Source: Acidobacteriota bacterium | GTDB lineage: Bacteria > Acidobacteriota > CAIWXX01 | Direction: 5' to 3' | Length of the DNA stretch: 51,430 nucleotides | NCBI GenBank assembly: GCA_040755995.1 | Contig: JBFMAF010000022.1 | Coordinates: forward strand, 1-51,430 | Part shown: one piece after another, positions 38,029 through 50,822 of the stretch | Layout: every line of letters starts with the position of its first letter | How positions within the stretch are numbered: the stretch's first letter is position 1 | Made by a program: the position numbers and the translations under genes | The notes under the pieces: model-generated | Seen by the model: only the letters and a program-made list of their open reading frames with translations | The model's database searches: none | Told to the model about the DNA's origin: nothing

Positions 38029-38169
38029 CCTGGCGACCTCCAAGTCAAGAGCCGGGAGGTTGGTCGTCAGAATGTTGCGATGTGTGAGTTGGCAGGTAGA
38101 GGACCGAATGGCGGGCTTCAGCAACCCATTCGCCGGACCCACCGGCACGTCACACTGCCCGGCTCCGGA

Positions 38170-39459
38170 TCAGCCCGCCGCCTGCTTCAGGCGCTTGCGC
38201 GCGGCGAACTCGGGAGCTTCCTTGAGGCAGAAGCCGAGGAGTCGCAGGGATTCTTTGAAGTACTTTAGGCCCTCGCGCCGCAGGACGGCGGGCTCCTCGC
38301 CGACGCCCGCCCATCCGCGCGCTTCGAGATCACCGGGAGGAATCGCGAGGCGCTCCCAGTTCTGGAACAGGCGACCCCAGTCGCTCCTCAGGATCTCCTC
38401 CACATAGCGCTGGTGCGTGGGATACCAGTAGGAATCGTGGTAGATCACGCTTGCCACGTAGGACCATGGAGCCAGCACTGTCTTGAGCGACCACTCGAGA
38501 GGCTTCTTGAGAGGGCCCCAGTAGATGAGATGCTGTCCCCTGCTGGCAAACGTCATCTTGTGGAACGGGCCGACGAACCGCCAGTTTTCCTGCGCCGCAT
38601 CCAGGTCGCCGACGATCTCGATCTGTGACGGATCACCGCAACCGAGACCGAGCTCATGGGCCAGGCGTATGAACTTGACCTGCTTGAGCGGATCGAACCC
38701 CATGAGCTTTGCCGCTACTGCGTCGATCGCCACCTGGTCCGCCGAAGCGAGAACGACGTTCTTGACATACGGGATCATGCAGCGCGGTCCGGGTCCGTCT
38801 CCTGCGAAAGTGCCGTCCATAACCGCGAAGACCCCGCTATGGACCTTCTTCTGTATCATGAGCAGGTCGACCAGGGTTTCGTGGATGACCGGATGGGTCC
38901 AATGCCTGTGCTCGTTGAGCAGCCCGCCGAATGCGTTTTTCATGGCACCGGTCATCGTGGTGAAGACGTGCGTCTTCACGGTCGGCAGGTGGATGATGCT
39001 CTCGCCGATGAAACGCTTCGGAATCATGAACCCCTTGGGGTACACCTGGTTCAGGCAGAGGAACTTGTCGGCGAGGTCTCCGACCGCGTCGCGTATGTGG
39101 ACCCAGTCCTCGCCTTCGTAAAGGTGGATGTTCCGCAGCCCATGCGCATCGGTCACCTGGACCTGCTTGTTCTCGCGCTCACCGAGGTGCGCGTCGATGA
39201 CGACGGTGCGGTTGTGGCAGCCGTGGATCTTTTCCGGCATGTAGCCGTCTCGTTTGAGAGCACGGATCACACCGTCGAGCTGCCATGGGGTGGTGGAGCT
39301 TCCCGGGAAGAAGAAGTGCCAGCTTATGTTGATCTTCAGGGCCGTATCGCCGTCTTTGGGAATGACATCCCGGTAGCCGGCGAGATTCATCAGGCGATGG
39401 TAATCGTGCAGCACCGTCGCCGGCGTCGTCCTGAGTATCGCGACCTTGGATCGTGACAT
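38170..39459 (-). CDS. DUF362-domain protein
   Basis: LKINISW, STTP, LPTVKTH, TGAMKNAFG, DG..AGDGPGP, DQVAIDAV. Confidence 0.85.
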   Translation of the reverse strand: MSRSKVAILRTTPATVLHDYHRLMNLAGYRDVIPKDGDTALKINISWHFFFPGSSTTPWQLDGVIRALKRDGYMPEKIHGCHNRTVVIDAHLGERENKQVQVTDAHGLRNIHLYEGEDWVHIRDAVGDLADKFLCLNQVYPKGFMIPKRFIGESIIHLPTVKTHVFTTMTGAMKNAFGGLLNEHRHWTHPVIHETLVDLLMIQKKVHSGVFAVMDGTFAGDGPGPRCMIPYVKNVVLASADQVAIDAVAAKLMGFDPLKQVKFIRLAHELGLGCGDPSQIEIVGDLDAAQENWRFVGPFHKMTFASRGQHLIYWGPLKKPLEWSLKTVLAPWSYVASVIYHDSYWYPTHQRYVEEILRSDWGRLFQNWERLAIPPGDLEARGWAGVGEEPAVLRREGLKYFKESLRLLGFCLKEAPEFAARKRLKQAAG

Positions 39460-39626
39460 GCGTTGCTAGTTGTCAGTTGTCAGTTGGCGGTTGTCAGTGG
39501 TGGCAACGGACCTGAAGTCGCCATGCCGCCCAGTTCGTAGCATCACCCAGCGTCTCCAATGCCATCATATCCGGTCGGCCGAGTTTCGGCAATTGCGTTC
39601 GCTCGGCCTTCGTGACCCAAGGGCGC

Positions 39627-39666
39627 AGAAGAGAGAAGCCCGGGGGAGCTTGCGCACCCCCGGGCT
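39627..39666 (-). terminator. intrinsic terminator-like hairpin
   Basis: AGCCCGGGGG/CCCCCGGGCT stem followed by the pyrimidine tail TCTCTCTTCT on the minus strand. Confidence 0.65.
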
Positions 39667-39692
39667 CGGGTGATGAGTGATGAGGTTCTATC

Positions 39693-39818
39693 CTACCAGC
39701 TCGCCCTCACAACGTAGTCCGCGCTGGCTGAGTAGTCGGAGCTCGAGCACCCTTCGGCAGCACTGGCCTCAAGGCGCAACAGGAGTGGGAGAATAACGAA
39801 GGCGGCTCGACCTGTCAT
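39693..39818 (-). CDS. 41-aa small ORF (not in the ORF track)
   Basis: MTGRAAFVILPLLLRLEASAAEGCSSSDYSASADYVVRASW*; purine-rich RBS upstream and terminator downstream. Confidence 0.4.
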   Translation of the reverse strand: MTGRAAFVILPLLLRLEASAAEGCSSSDYSASADYVVRASW

Positions 39819-39975
39819 GCTGTCCCTTACTCCTAATTTGTTGATTTCCCTGGAGAAGGCATTCGCGACATAGATCCGAAATTCTTCTCCAATATGGATA
39901 ACGGAGTCCGGGCACCCCAGAATGAAAAAAGGTTGCTCCGCCTGGGGGCGAGCCGCGCGAGTCGGAGAAGCGCGC

Positions 39976-41646
<1,671 letters not shown>

Positions 41647-41649
41647 GAG

Positions 41650-42666
41650 CTACCCGACCTGCTCTTCGGCGTAGCTCACGCTCCGCCAGTCCGTGTTGCC
41701 GAGACCGCGCGCGCGCGCGAGCTCGAGGTATCGCGGGGGATCCGTCTTGCGCTGCAGCAGCTCCGAAAACCCGTATGCGTCGGCGGCGACCTGATCGGTG
41801 GATGCAACCAGCGTCGATCCGTCCTGGACATCCGAAAGATCCCCACCGGTCGGCCCGTCTCGCATGAGCACGCGCGAGCCGTCGAGCACCACGAATGTCG
41901 GCGCGATCATGAGCGTAAGGTCCGCGATGATGGTGTGGATGTCCTGGTGGAACTGGTTGCGCCGTCCGCCGAGCAGCCCGTACCAGTTCTTCATGTTCAT
42001 CGAAGCGGAGCAGAGGTTGTGGTCCTTGACCGGCGCCATGCCGATCACCTTGGTGGCCCCGATGAACGGCCGGTAGAAGAATGGCCACTCCGGGATCAGC
42101 GCGGCGCCGGGCACGCTTAGGATCTCGAAGGTATCGGGGGTAGGTAGAATGACGCGTGCCCCCTCATCCTCGGCGGCCTTCTTGATTCCTGTCCGATAGA
42201 AGCAGCTCTCTGGCGACTCGATCGGGTTGTCGGCGACGCGCACCTCGCGGGCGCCTGCGGCGCGCAGCAGCTTGATCAGGGCCCGGAGCACATCTGGGTT
42301 GGTGGTCGCGCCCAGCTTCGGCGCGCGATCGAACGCGACATTGGGCTTGACAACGACGATGTCGCCGGGCTTGATGTAGTGCTCGATGCCTCCGATGGCG
42401 CCGATTGCCACCCGAAGCATTGCCAGATGGTCTTCGCCATGAGCGATGCCCATGACCTTGGTCGAGGGCGGAGGTTCGACTCTGTAGCTCGGGAGTCTGC
42501 GGCGGGGCGGGCTCGGCTTGCCCCGCTCGCCCGTGGCGTCTTTCATGGAGAGGGGCCATTTCTCCGGTGCGAGGCCCACGTAGGCGGCAGCCGCGGCGAC
42601 TCCTGCCGTTGTCACGGCTTCGCGGATGAATTTCCGCCTGCTCTGTCTCGCCTCAGCCGCCATCAT
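41650..42666 (-). CDS. Tat-exported DUF362-domain protein
   Basis: SRRKFI twin-arginine motif; VVVKPN, TTNP, KDH, MKNWYG, DQVAADA. Confidence 0.88.
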   Translation of the reverse strand: MMAAEARQSRRKFIREAVTTAGVAAAAAYVGLAPEKWPLSMKDATGERGKPSPPRRRLPSYRVEPPPSTKVMGIAHGEDHLAMLRVAIGAIGGIEHYIKPGDIVVVKPNVAFDRAPKLGATTNPDVLRALIKLLRAAGAREVRVADNPIESPESCFYRTGIKKAAEDEGARVILPTPDTFEILSVPGAALIPEWPFFYRPFIGATKVIGMAPVKDHNLCSASMNMKNWYGLLGGRRNQFHQDIHTIIADLTLMIAPTFVVLDGSRVLMRDGPTGGDLSDVQDGSTLVASTDQVAADAYGFSELLQRKTDPPRYLELARARGLGNTDWRSVSYAEEQVG

Positions 42667-43777
42667 CGAGCTTCTCCAATTCCGCGATCAGTTTCGCAAG
42701 AACGGCCTCCCCCGCCTCGACGTCCTTCACCTTCCGCACGCCGGCGGCGTAACGGCCGACGGCTACGGCCGTCTCCACTGACTCCTCGTACCGATTCTTG
42801 AACCACCCTCTTCCGCCGGCGCGGGGGTTCTCGATCGCTTCGCCGGAAGATGCGAACCCGCTCAGGAACCTCTTCGCCAGCTCGGCAGCAGCCTGGGCGT
42901 CGGCCGATCGGACGAGGAACAGCTCGGCGTCGGCCGTCTGGCCGACAAACACGTCGCGACCGAAGTCGAACCCAAGCCCGGCCTCATGGAAGAAGCCCAG
43001 GCCGGCAGCCGGGACGCGCATACGGTCTATGAGGAAGAGGAACTCGCGGGGGAGCGCGGCCGGAGGCAGCGCTTTGGCCGTTTCACCGGCTATCTGGGCG
43101 ACCTTGGCGCTCACGGCGGCGCTGTCATCCGACCCGACGATCCTGCAATAGTAGCGCCCGCGGGCGAAGAACGCAGCGCCGGATGTGGCGTATCGGAGAC
43201 CGATCGAGTCGACGTCGAGTTTGGCACTGCTGCCTGAGTGCTCGGCGAGGAGAGCGCCGGCGGCGCTTTCCGGTGTGCCGAGGTCGAAGGCCTCCAGATC
43301 GATGGTGACACCCGCGTCGGTTTCCAGCGCCATGCACGACAGCCGCTTGAAGTCGTAGCTGAAGTAGAAGCTTTCGCGCCCGTCGATCTTCTCGAACAGG
43401 TTGGTCTGATCGTATTCCTGGAATCGTGTGCCGATCCTCCACCCCGCGGTGACGACCGAGCCTGGGAAGAGGCCGATGGGTGGAGCGGCCGGCGTCGTTG
43501 ATTGAAGCGCAGGCTGAGGCACACTCGACGGGACGCCGGCGTCGAGTGGAGCGCCCGAGGCAGGGGGAGCTTCCGGCAATCGCACGGTCGGCCGCTTGTA
43601 GACGGTTCCCACCGTTGGGTGCGCAAGCCGGGCGTCCCCCGAGGCGAACAAGGATGCGTCGCTCCTGCGGCCTCTCATCACCACCCAAAGGGCGACGATC
43701 GCGATTATGAGCAGGAAGACGCCGCAGCAGATTCCCTCTCCAGACCCGATCTGCTTCCGCAGAACGCGGCGTTTCAC
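42653..43777 (-). CDS. DUF6599-like membrane-anchored protein
   Basis: N-terminal [24 protein letters not shown]...A.G, RGRYY. Start uncertain (43777 or 43804). Confidence 0.65.
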   Translation of the reverse strand: MKRRVLRKQIGSGEGICCGVFLLIIAIVALWVVMRGRRSDASLFASGDARLAHPTVGTVYKRPTVRLPEAPPASGAPLDAGVPSSVPQPALQSTTPAAPPIGLFPGSVVTAGWRIGTRFQEYDQTNLFEKIDGRESFYFSYDFKRLSCMALETDAGVTIDLEAFDLGTPESAAGALLAEHSGSSAKLDVDSIGLRYATSGAAFFARGRYYCRIVGSDDSAAVSAKVAQIAGETAKALPPAALPREFLFLIDRMRVPAAGLGFFHEAGLGFDFGRDVFVGQTADAELFLVRSADAQAAAELAKRFLSGFASSGEAIENPRAGGRGWFKNRYEESVETAVAVGRYAAGVRKVKDVEAGEAVLAKLIAELEKLDDGG

Positions 43778-43945
43778 TTGCCCGACAAGTCTCTCGCCCA
43801 CCATCACAGAATACATGCGAGATACGAGTCTTTTCAACCATAGTTTCGTCCGGATTTGACCACTCACTCCCCGGCGCGTTACTATTCGATCTCGTCTAGA
43901 GTCGCCGTACTTGATAAACGGATTAACAATAGGAGGCAAGGTCTC

Positions 43946-46213
43946 ATGATTCGCAAGCAAGATGCGCTCGATTATCATTCCGTAGGGAGGAAGGGGAAGG
44001 TCGAAGTCATCCCGTCCAAGCCCTGCTCGACCCAGCGCGATCTTTCGCTCGCCTACACTCCGGGTGTGGCCGAACCCTGCATGGAAATCTACCGCAACCC
44101 TGACGACGTTTATACCTACACAGCGAAAGGCAACCTGGTGGCCGTCGTTTCCAACGGCACGGCCGTGCTCGGCCTGGGCAACATCGGGCCGCTCGCCGGC
44201 AAGCCCGTCATGGAAGGCAAGGGGGTGCTGTTCAAACGCTTCGCCGATATCGACGTGTTCGACATCGAGCTGAACACGTTGGACCCCGACGAGGTCATCA
44301 AGGCTGTGAAGCTTCTCGAGCCGACGTTTGGCGGAATCAACCTGGAGGACATCAAGGCGCCGGAGTGCTTCCAGATCGAGGAGACCCTGAAGCGCGAGTG
44401 CCAGATCCCGGTCTTCCACGATGATCAGCACGGGACGGCGATCATCTCCGGGGCAGCCTTTCTGAACGCATGCGAGATCATCGGTAAGGACATCAGCAAA
44501 GTGAAGGTGGTTTTCAACGGCGCGGGCGCGGCCGGGATCGCGTGTGCCAACCTGTACGTGTCTCTTGGTGTCAATATCGAGAACTTGATCATGTGTGACA
44601 GCGTCGGCGTGATCTACCAGGGGCGCAAACAGGGGATGAATCCTTACAAGGAGAAGTTCGCGCGCGACACGAAGATGCGGACGCTGGACGAGGCGATGGA
44701 GGGGGCGGATGCGTTCGTCGGCGTCTCGGTCAAGGGCGCCGTGACGCAGAAGATGGTGAAGTCCATGGCCAAGAACCCGATCGTGTTCGCCATGGCGAAC
44801 CCGGATCCCGAGATCACCTACGACGACGCGGTCGCCGCGCGCTCCGACATCATCATGGCCACGGGCCGCAGCGACTTCCCAAACCAGGTGAACAACGTGC
44901 TCGGGTTCCCGTTCATCTTCCGCGGGGCGCTCGACGTGCGAGCCACGGCCATCAACGAGGAGATGAAGATCGCGGCGTGCCACGCCCTGCGGGACCTGGC
45001 GAAGGAGGACGTGCCGGATTCGGTCTGCCGCGCCTATGGCGTGAGCAGCTTCAAGTTCGGGCCGGACTACATCATTCCCAAGCCGTTCGATCCGCGAGTG
45101 CTGCTGTGGGAGGCTCCGGCTGTCGCCAAGGCCGCGATGGACACGGGCGTGGCCCGGATCAAGATCGACCTCGAAAAGTACAAGGAACAGCTCGAGGCAC
45201 GGCTGGGCAAGAGCCGCGAGATCATGCGGGTGGTGATCACGAAGGCGAAGAGCGAGCCCAAGAGGATCGTGTTCCCGGAGGGCGAAGAGGAGAAGATCCT
45301 GCGTGCGTGCCAGATCATTCGGGACGAGGGTATCGCCACACCGATCTTGCTCGGCCGGCCCGAGGTTATCAGAGCGAAGATAAGGGAGATGGGGCTGGAT
45401 CTGGGCGAGGTCGATGCCATCCGGCCTTCCGACTCGCCGAGGCTCGAGAAGTACGCGGAGGAGCTCTACAACCTGCGGCGCCGCCGCGGCGTCACGCTGG
45501 CCGAAGCCGTCGTGACCATGAAGAACTACAACTACTACGGATCAATGATGGTGCACATGGGCGATGCCGACGGCGTCATCGCGGGGCTGACGCAGCACTA
45601 TCCCGACACGATCCGGCCGGCGTTGCAGATAATCAAGACCCGCGAGGGGTTGTCGCGAGTCTCCGGGCTCTACATGCTGGTCTTCAAGTCCGGCGTCTTC
45701 TTCTTCGCCGATACCACCGTAATCATCGAACCGACCGCTGAGGACCTGGTCGAGATCGCGATGTGCGCGGCGGAAGCCGCGCGGCGGTTCGATTTCGAGC
45801 CCAGGGTGGCCATGCTGTCGTTTTCGAACTTCGGTTCGACACCGCATCCGCTGGCGAAAAAGGTGGCGAAGGCTGTCGAGCTGCTGCGGGCGAGGGATCC
45901 GAACCTGATAGTGGACGGCGAAATGCAGGCGGATACGGCTGTGGTCGAGGAGATCTTGACGTCGACTTATCCGTTCTCGACCCTCAAGAAGCCGGCCAAC
46001 GTCCTGATCTTCCCGGATCTGCAGTCGGGCAACATAGCGTACAAGCTGCTGCAGAGGTTGGGTGGAGCCGAGGCGATCGGACCGATACTCACCGGCATGA
46101 GCAAGGCCGTGCACGTGTTACAGCGCGGTTGCGAAGTCAACGAGATCGTGAACATGTGCGCCATCGCGGTAGTAGACGCGCAGGAGTGCGCGGGGCCCGA
46201 GGGCGGGAACTAA
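43946..46213 (+). CDS. maeB: NADP-dependent malic enzyme with PTA-like C-terminal domain
   Basis: [45 protein letters not shown]; then [31 protein letters not shown]. Confidence 0.96.
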   Translation: MIRKQDALDYHSVGRKGKVEVIPSKPCSTQRDLSLAYTPGVAEPCMEIYRNPDDVYTYTAKGNLVAVVSNGTAVLGLGNIGPLAGKPVMEGKGVLFKRFADIDVFDIELNTLDPDEVIKAVKLLEPTFGGINLEDIKAPECFQIEETLKRECQIPVFHDDQHGTAIISGAAFLNACEIIGKDISKVKVVFNGAGAAGIACANLYVSLGVNIENLIMCDSVGVIYQGRKQGMNPYKEKFARDTKMRTLDEAMEGADAFVGVSVKGAVTQKMVKSMAKNPIVFAMANPDPEITYDDAVAARSDIIMATGRSDFPNQVNNVLGFPFIFRGALDVRATAINEEMKIAACHALRDLAKEDVPDSVCRAYGVSSFKFGPDYIIPKPFDPRVLLWEAPAVAKAAMDTGVARIKIDLEKYKEQLEARLGKSREIMRVVITKAKSEPKRIVFPEGEEEKILRACQIIRDEGIATPILLGRPEVIRAKIREMGLDLGEVDAIRPSDSPRLEKYAEELYNLRRRRGVTLAEAVVTMKNYNYYGSMMVHMGDADGVIAGLTQHYPDTIRPALQIIKTREGLSRVSGLYMLVFKSGVFFFADTTVIIEPTAEDLVEIAMCAAEAARRFDFEPRVAMLSFSNFGSTPHPLAKKVAKAVELLRARDPNLIVDGEMQADTAVVEEILTSTYPFSTLKKPANVLIFPDLQSGNIAYKLLQRLGGAEAIGPILTGMSKAVHVLQRGCEVNEIVNMCAIAVVDAQECAGPEGGN

Positions 46214-46381
46214 ACGCGGGGACACGGTGACGCGCTGAGGGGACAGGCGTGGGCTAACCGCGTCTCCGTGCCTGTGGTGGAGAGCACAGCCTGCATCGGA
46301 AAGGCGGGCTGTCGCGCAGCGTACTGGGCAGTGGGAGAGCCCCGAGATCTGAAACCTGAGATCTGAAGTCTGGTTCGGCCG

Positions 46382-46879
46382 TCAGGCCATGGCCGAGCCG
46401 AAGACCTGGGCCGTCAGCGTCCGCTCGCGGGGTCCGTCGAGCTCGGCCAGGATAATCGACTGCCACTGGCCAAGGGCCAACTTTCCGTTGGTGATCGGTA
46501 TCTGAAGGTTATGTCCGAACAGCAGGGCGCGGAGATGCGAATCGGCGTTCTGCCGGTCGCAATCGGAACAATCGGGGCTGTTATGCCGCCAGGGCTCGTC
46601 GGAGTTGACGATCTTGCTGAGGAACATCTTGATGTCGTCGAGGAGTGCCTTTTGGAACTCGTTGACGAACATTGCTGTAGTGGTGTGCAGCGTGCTGATG
46701 TTGATGAATCCTTCCCTGACCTTGAACTCTCTGACGATGTCAGCCACGATCGACGTGATATTGTAGAGTTCAAGTCTCTTCTCTGTATTGAACTGGAACG
46801 TCTTCGAGAAGAATCTAAGAACCGCTGAGCCCTCCGCTTTCTGCGCCGCAGGCTCGGCTGACATTACCGTAAGATTCAT
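46382..46879 (-). CDS. yjbQ: YjbQ/UPF0047-family protein
   Basis: HTTTAMFVNE, NADSHLRA, LGQWQ, ELDGPRER; AAGGAG RBS. Confidence 0.9.
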   Translation of the reverse strand: MNLTVMSAEPAAQKAEGSAVLRFFSKTFQFNTEKRLELYNITSIVADIVREFKVREGFINISTLHTTTAMFVNEFQKALLDDIKMFLSKIVNSDEPWRHNSPDCSDCDRQNADSHLRALLFGHNLQIPITNGKLALGQWQSIILAELDGPRERTLTAQVFGSAMA

Positions 46880-47004
46880 CTTCGACTCCTTTTCTCCCAC
46901 GCCCCTGTGGGGCGCTCAGGTTCACGAATTCGGACCGGGATCGGGCCCCCGGCCGCCCGGAACGAATAAATATAGAACAATCGCCGTGCGAATTGCAACA
47001 TGAG

Positions 47005-47098
47005 CAGTTGTCGTTGTCGTTGTCAGTTGTTAGTTGTCAGTTGGTGGGCAGCCACCGTCGGTGGCCTGGCACAACTGTCAACTGACAACTATCAACTG
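47005..47098. repeat. inverted heptamer arrays (CAGTTGT)n / (ACAACTG)n around a GC hairpin
   Basis: The same heptamer also occurs at 39467-39502. Confidence 0.75.
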
Positions 47099-47101
47099 TC
47101 G

Positions 47102-47851
47102 CTATTCGAACTTCTCCTGGTCCTCCATTTCGTCGCGGCCCTTCTGGTCGTAACCGATGATCTCGATGCCCTCGTAGAACCAGGGGAACATGTCGCGGCG
47201 GAGCTTCGCCATGTACAGCTTGCCCTCGGCTTTGCGCTTCAGGTTGTAGAATACGATCCCCTCGGCGAAGACCTTGTCCTGGGCCCCTGTCTTCGAGGCG
47301 CGTTTGGTGTAGTACCGCGAAAACAGGTAGTCCTTGAACCAGGAGCTCCAGTTGTCGAACGTGCGTGCGTGTTCGGTGAACGAGCGATAGCTCAGATCGG
47401 AAACTGCCTTGTCGAACGGGTACCACTCGTGCATCTCCAGCTTGTACGGGTTGGCCTGGACCTTCGGCCCGATGAGCTCTCCCGCCTGTTCCCCGTCCTC
47501 CTTCAGGTAGCCCTTGCCGACCGAACGGAGCACTCCTTCTATGATAAACGTCTTTCCGTGGAAGATCTGCAGCGGGTCGATGACGTTCTTTCGGTTCTGG
47601 AGGGCCACCAGCCGGCCCTTCTCGGTCTTGAGCTTGACGTTTGTGCCGTTCAGCTTCTCGACGGCGATAGTCTCCGGTTCGTCGAAGACCCACTCGTAGC
47701 CCTCGTTGACCCTCTCGACCACCAGGTAGACCTCGGGCGCTCTGAGGCCCAGCTTGTGGCCCGATTGCCGGAAGTGATCCGAATTGATCTTGAACGTCTG
47801 CCTGATGAACGGGCAGTGCAACTTGGGGAAATCGGTCAGAATCTCGCTCAT
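47102..47851 (-). CDS. stand-alone ATP-dependent RNA ligase-like nucleotidyltransferase
   Basis: Motif I EKLNGTN, III GELIG, IIIa WYPF, IV EGIVF, V MAKLR; N-terminal FPK..CPF.R...GYEWV. Confidence 0.8.
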   Translation of the reverse strand: MSEILTDFPKLHCPFIRQTFKINSDHFRQSGHKLGLRAPEVYLVVERVNEGYEWVFDEPETIAVEKLNGTNVKLKTEKGRLVALQNRKNVIDPLQIFHGKTFIIEGVLRSVGKGYLKEDGEQAGELIGPKVQANPYKLEMHEWYPFDKAVSDLSYRSFTEHARTFDNWSSWFKDYLFSRYYTKRASKTGAQDKVFAEGIVFYNLKRKAEGKLYMAKLRRDMFPWFYEGIEIIGYDQKGRDEMEDQEKFE

Positions 47852-47944
47852 GACGCCTCCTCGGAGTCTCCATTCTCCCTCACCGTGGTTGGTTCTTCAA
47901 CCGGCGTCGCTGCGGTGGGTGCGGGGGTGTAGAATGTAACACGC

Positions 47945-49369
47945 GTGTTGCTGACGATCACAACGACCCACAGACCTGCGACGGACCCCGGCTATCTGCT
48001 TCACAAGAACCCGGCTCAGGCTCAAGCGTTCGAGCTGCCATTCGGGAAGGCGCACGTGTTCTATCCCGAGGCAACTGGGGATCGTTGCACGGCCGCGCTG
48101 CTCATCGAGATCGATCCAATCGGCCTGGTGAGAGGCCCCCGGGGTGGCTCGGGTGAAGGGCGGCAGCTGGACCAGTACGTCAACGATCGGCCGTACGTGG
48201 CATCGTCCTTCCTCAGTGTCGCCATCGCGAGAGCCTTCGGTACGGCTATGTCGGGGAGGTCGAAGGAGAGGCAGGAGCTCGCGCAGCAGGAGATCCCGCT
48301 CGAAGCGCAAATAGCCGTGCTTCCGTGCCGCGGTGGCGAGGGATTCTTGCGGCGGCTGTTCGATCCGCTCGGCTACGAGGTCGGCGCGACCGGGCACCCC
48401 CTTGACGAGTGCATTCCGGAGTGGGGGGACAGCCGCTACTTCACGGTGAGACTGCGAGGCCGGAAGCGCATCGCGGACCTTCTCACGCACCTCTACGTGC
48501 TCATCCCGGTGCTCGACGACGACAAGCACTACTTCGTCGGCGACGCCGAGGTTGAGAAGCTGCTCAGGCACGGCGGAGGTTGGCTGGCGGGCCATCCCGA
48601 GAGGGACGCGATCGCACACCGCTATTTGAAACACAGGCGATCCTTGGTGCGCGAGGCGCTCTCGCGGCTTCTCGACGAGGATGTCGCTGAGCCGGACGAT
48701 GCTGCGCGTGCAAGGGAAAAGGAGGAGGCCGAGCTGGAGGCCGTCATTCGACTGAATGACCGGCGTATCCAGGCGGTGCTCGACGTTCTCAAGAAGCATG
48801 GAGCGGGCAGGGTCGTCGATCTGGGATGTGGCGAGGGGAGGCTTTTGAGAGCGCTGATGAAGGAGAAGCAGATCACGGAAGTCGTTGGACTGGACGTCAG
48901 CGTTCGCTCGCTGGAGATCGCGGCAGAGCGTCTCGACCTGGAACGCCTCCCCGAGACCAAACGACGCCGCGTGACGCTGCTCCACGGCTCCCTCATGTAC
49001 CGCGACAAGCGGCTCGCCGGCTTCGATGCGGCGACGGTGGTGGAGGTGATCGAGCACCTCGACACGCCGCGATTGGCTGCCTTCGAGCGCGTCCTGTTTG
49101 AATTTGCGCGTCCTCGGCTGGTCGTGCTCACCACACCAAACGTGGAATACAACGCCAGGTTAGCAGGCCTCCCTGCCGGACGCTTCAGGCACCGCGACCA
49201 TCGGTTCGAGTGGACCCGGCGTGAGTTCCAGGACTGGACCGCAACGATTGCGGCCCGATGCGGATATGGCGTAGAGATCGCGCAACCGTGGTCTGTCCGT
49301 CAAGCGCTCGCTCGCGATCCGCGAATTCGCCCTCGGGATCGAGGCGCTGGAGCGCTTCGTACGGCGTGA
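47945..49369 (+). CDS. hen1: 3'-terminal RNA ribose 2'-O-methyltransferase Hen1, C-terminus apparently replaced
   Basis: LLTITTTHRPATD.GYLLHKNP, QYVNDRPY, VLDDDKHY, DLGCGEG, EVIEH, TTPN.EYN, RHRDHRFEWTR; diverges after GYGVE (about 49280). Confidence 0.92.
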   Translation: MLLTITTTHRPATDPGYLLHKNPAQAQAFELPFGKAHVFYPEATGDRCTAALLIEIDPIGLVRGPRGGSGEGRQLDQYVNDRPYVASSFLSVAIARAFGTAMSGRSKERQELAQQEIPLEAQIAVLPCRGGEGFLRRLFDPLGYEVGATGHPLDECIPEWGDSRYFTVRLRGRKRIADLLTHLYVLIPVLDDDKHYFVGDAEVEKLLRHGGGWLAGHPERDAIAHRYLKHRRSLVREALSRLLDEDVAEPDDAARAREKEEAELEAVIRLNDRRIQAVLDVLKKHGAGRVVDLGCGEGRLLRALMKEKQITEVVGLDVSVRSLEIAAERLDLERLPETKRRRVTLLHGSLMYRDKRLAGFDAATVVEVIEHLDTPRLAAFERVLFEFARPRLVVLTTPNVEYNARLAGLPAGRFRHRDHRFEWTRREFQDWTATIAARCGYGVEIAQPWSVRQALARDPRIRPRDRGAGALRTA

Positions 49370-49577
49370 GCCGCTCCGTCGCGTCCACGAGTGCGTCTTC
49401 GGCGTGCTCGCACTCGAAAGCGAGCCCGTCGATCCCAGGCTATGAGCGAGTGACACCGGAGGAACAAGAATGCCAGTCGCCCAGCTGTCGGAGGTCCACT
49501 TGAACTTCCTGACCCCGCGGCAAGCGGCTGGATTGCCTGGGTCCGCAGCGCGACTGGCGACGGACGCGCCGACGTGA

Positions 49578-49925
49578 TCAGAGGGGCAGGAATCGGACCT
49601 GGCCCTCCCACTCCCCCTCTCTGCTGCACTCCACCAGCAGCACCATGTCCTCGATAACCTGTCTGATCTGGGCAGAATGACTGACGGCGAAGAGTCCCGG
49701 CATGGGCTTGCCGACTGCGACCCTGTCGTGTGCGTGCTTGAGCATGCTGCTCACATCGTGTGAGAGAACCGCTCGCCCGTACCTCGCCGCCCACTCCAGC
49801 AGCTCATCGTCGCGCTTGCCCGAGAGTTCCACGTCCTGAGCGCGGACAATATCGATAGAGGGGCGCCAACGCAAGACCCCGCGGACGATGTCGTTGTCGA
49901 AGTCTTCGTCGGCCAGAAAGCGCAT
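49578..49925 (-). CDS. DUF5615 PIN-like toxin
   Basis: MRFLADEDF, DDELLEWA, VLSHD, EWEGQVRFLPL. Confidence 0.88.
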   Translation of the reverse strand: MRFLADEDFDNDIVRGVLRWRPSIDIVRAQDVELSGKRDDELLEWAARYGRAVLSHDVSSMLKHAHDRVAVGKPMPGLFAVSHSAQIRQVIEDMVLLVECSREGEWEGQVRFLPL

Positions 49926-49940
49926 CTTATCCGAGCGCCC

Positions 49941-50279
49941 TCATGGCGTCTTGCGTGCCAAGAGGCGCTCACGGATACCATCCGGCGGATATCGATCCTC
50001 CATGAACCGCCGGGTCTCGGTTGTTTCCCGAGATCTTTGGTCGAGGTATGCGTCAAGCTCCGTGCGATGCCTCAGGTAATAGGAGATCACTGCATAGACA
50101 TCGCCCAGGTTCAACGTTGGGTACTTCATGACTATTTCCTCTGCAGTGCACCCGCGGTTGAACACCAGGAGAACTGTGTCCAGCGTAACTCGGGTCCCGC
50201 CTATTCGCACGACTCCTTCATCGTCCAGACGGAGTGGAGGCGGTTCGGCCACGAGCGTGTCAAGTATAGTAGAGCTCAT
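49941..50279 (-). CDS. DUF433-family antitoxin
   Basis: RIGGTRVTLD...G.TAEEI...YPTL.LGDVYAVISYY. Confidence 0.9.
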   Translation of the reverse strand: MSSTILDTLVAEPPPLRLDDEGVVRIGGTRVTLDTVLLVFNRGCTAEEIVMKYPTLNLGDVYAVISYYLRHRTELDAYLDQRSRETTETRRFMEDRYPPDGIRERLLARKTP

Positions 50280-50374
50280 TCAGCACCGTGCGAGATCAGC
50301 TATGCGTCCCTTCTCTCCCCCAACATTATACTGAGTCGCCAACTACACTCAAGGCCGTTGTAGAATATGGGCTC

Positions 50375-50590
50375 GAGCAGGACGAGCTCCTGGCCTTGGA
50401 CCAGGCGCTGGAGCGACTCGCCGCGGTGGATCAGCGAGAGGCGCACGTCGTGGAGCTGCGCTTTTTCGCCGGGCTCACTGTGCCGGAAATTGCCGACCTG
50501 CTGGGAGTTTCCAGGCGAACTGTGGAGGCCGACTGGGCCCACGCCAGGGCCTGGCTGCTGCGTGAGCTGGCAAAGGGATGGACGGGATGA
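50375..50590 (+). pseudogene. C-terminal (sigma4) remnant of an ECF sigma factor
   Basis: LLALDQALERL...VVELRFFAGLT..EIA.LLGVSRRTV..DW..ARAWL; no sigma2 region upstream. Confidence 0.8.
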
Positions 50591-50822
50591 CAGACGACCT
50601 TCACCAGCGGGCCAAGCAGATCTTCGTGGCCGCGAGCGATCTTCCCCCCGAGGCGCGCGAGGCGTTCGTGTCGGAGGAGTGCGCCGGAGATCGGGCACTC
50701 TGGGACGAGGTCATGTCCCTGCTGAGGTTCCACGACTCGGCCGGGTCCGCCTCGGCACCCGCATGGGCGCGGGCGCGCTGGGACGGTGCGGACTCGATCG
50801 GCGCCTACCGGCTGCTGGAGAA
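50587..50822 (+). pseudogene. N-terminal remnant of an ECF-associated Ser/Thr kinase
   Basis: MTDDLHQRAKQIF..A....REAFV...CAGD..L..EV.SLL...IGAYRLLE, then no Gly-rich loop; ATGA overlap with the ECF remnant. Confidence 0.75.

Noticed and set aside
43805..44983. 5' extension of the 776-aa ORF 42653-44983
   Set aside because: Antisense to maeB; the real gene begins near 43777-43804.
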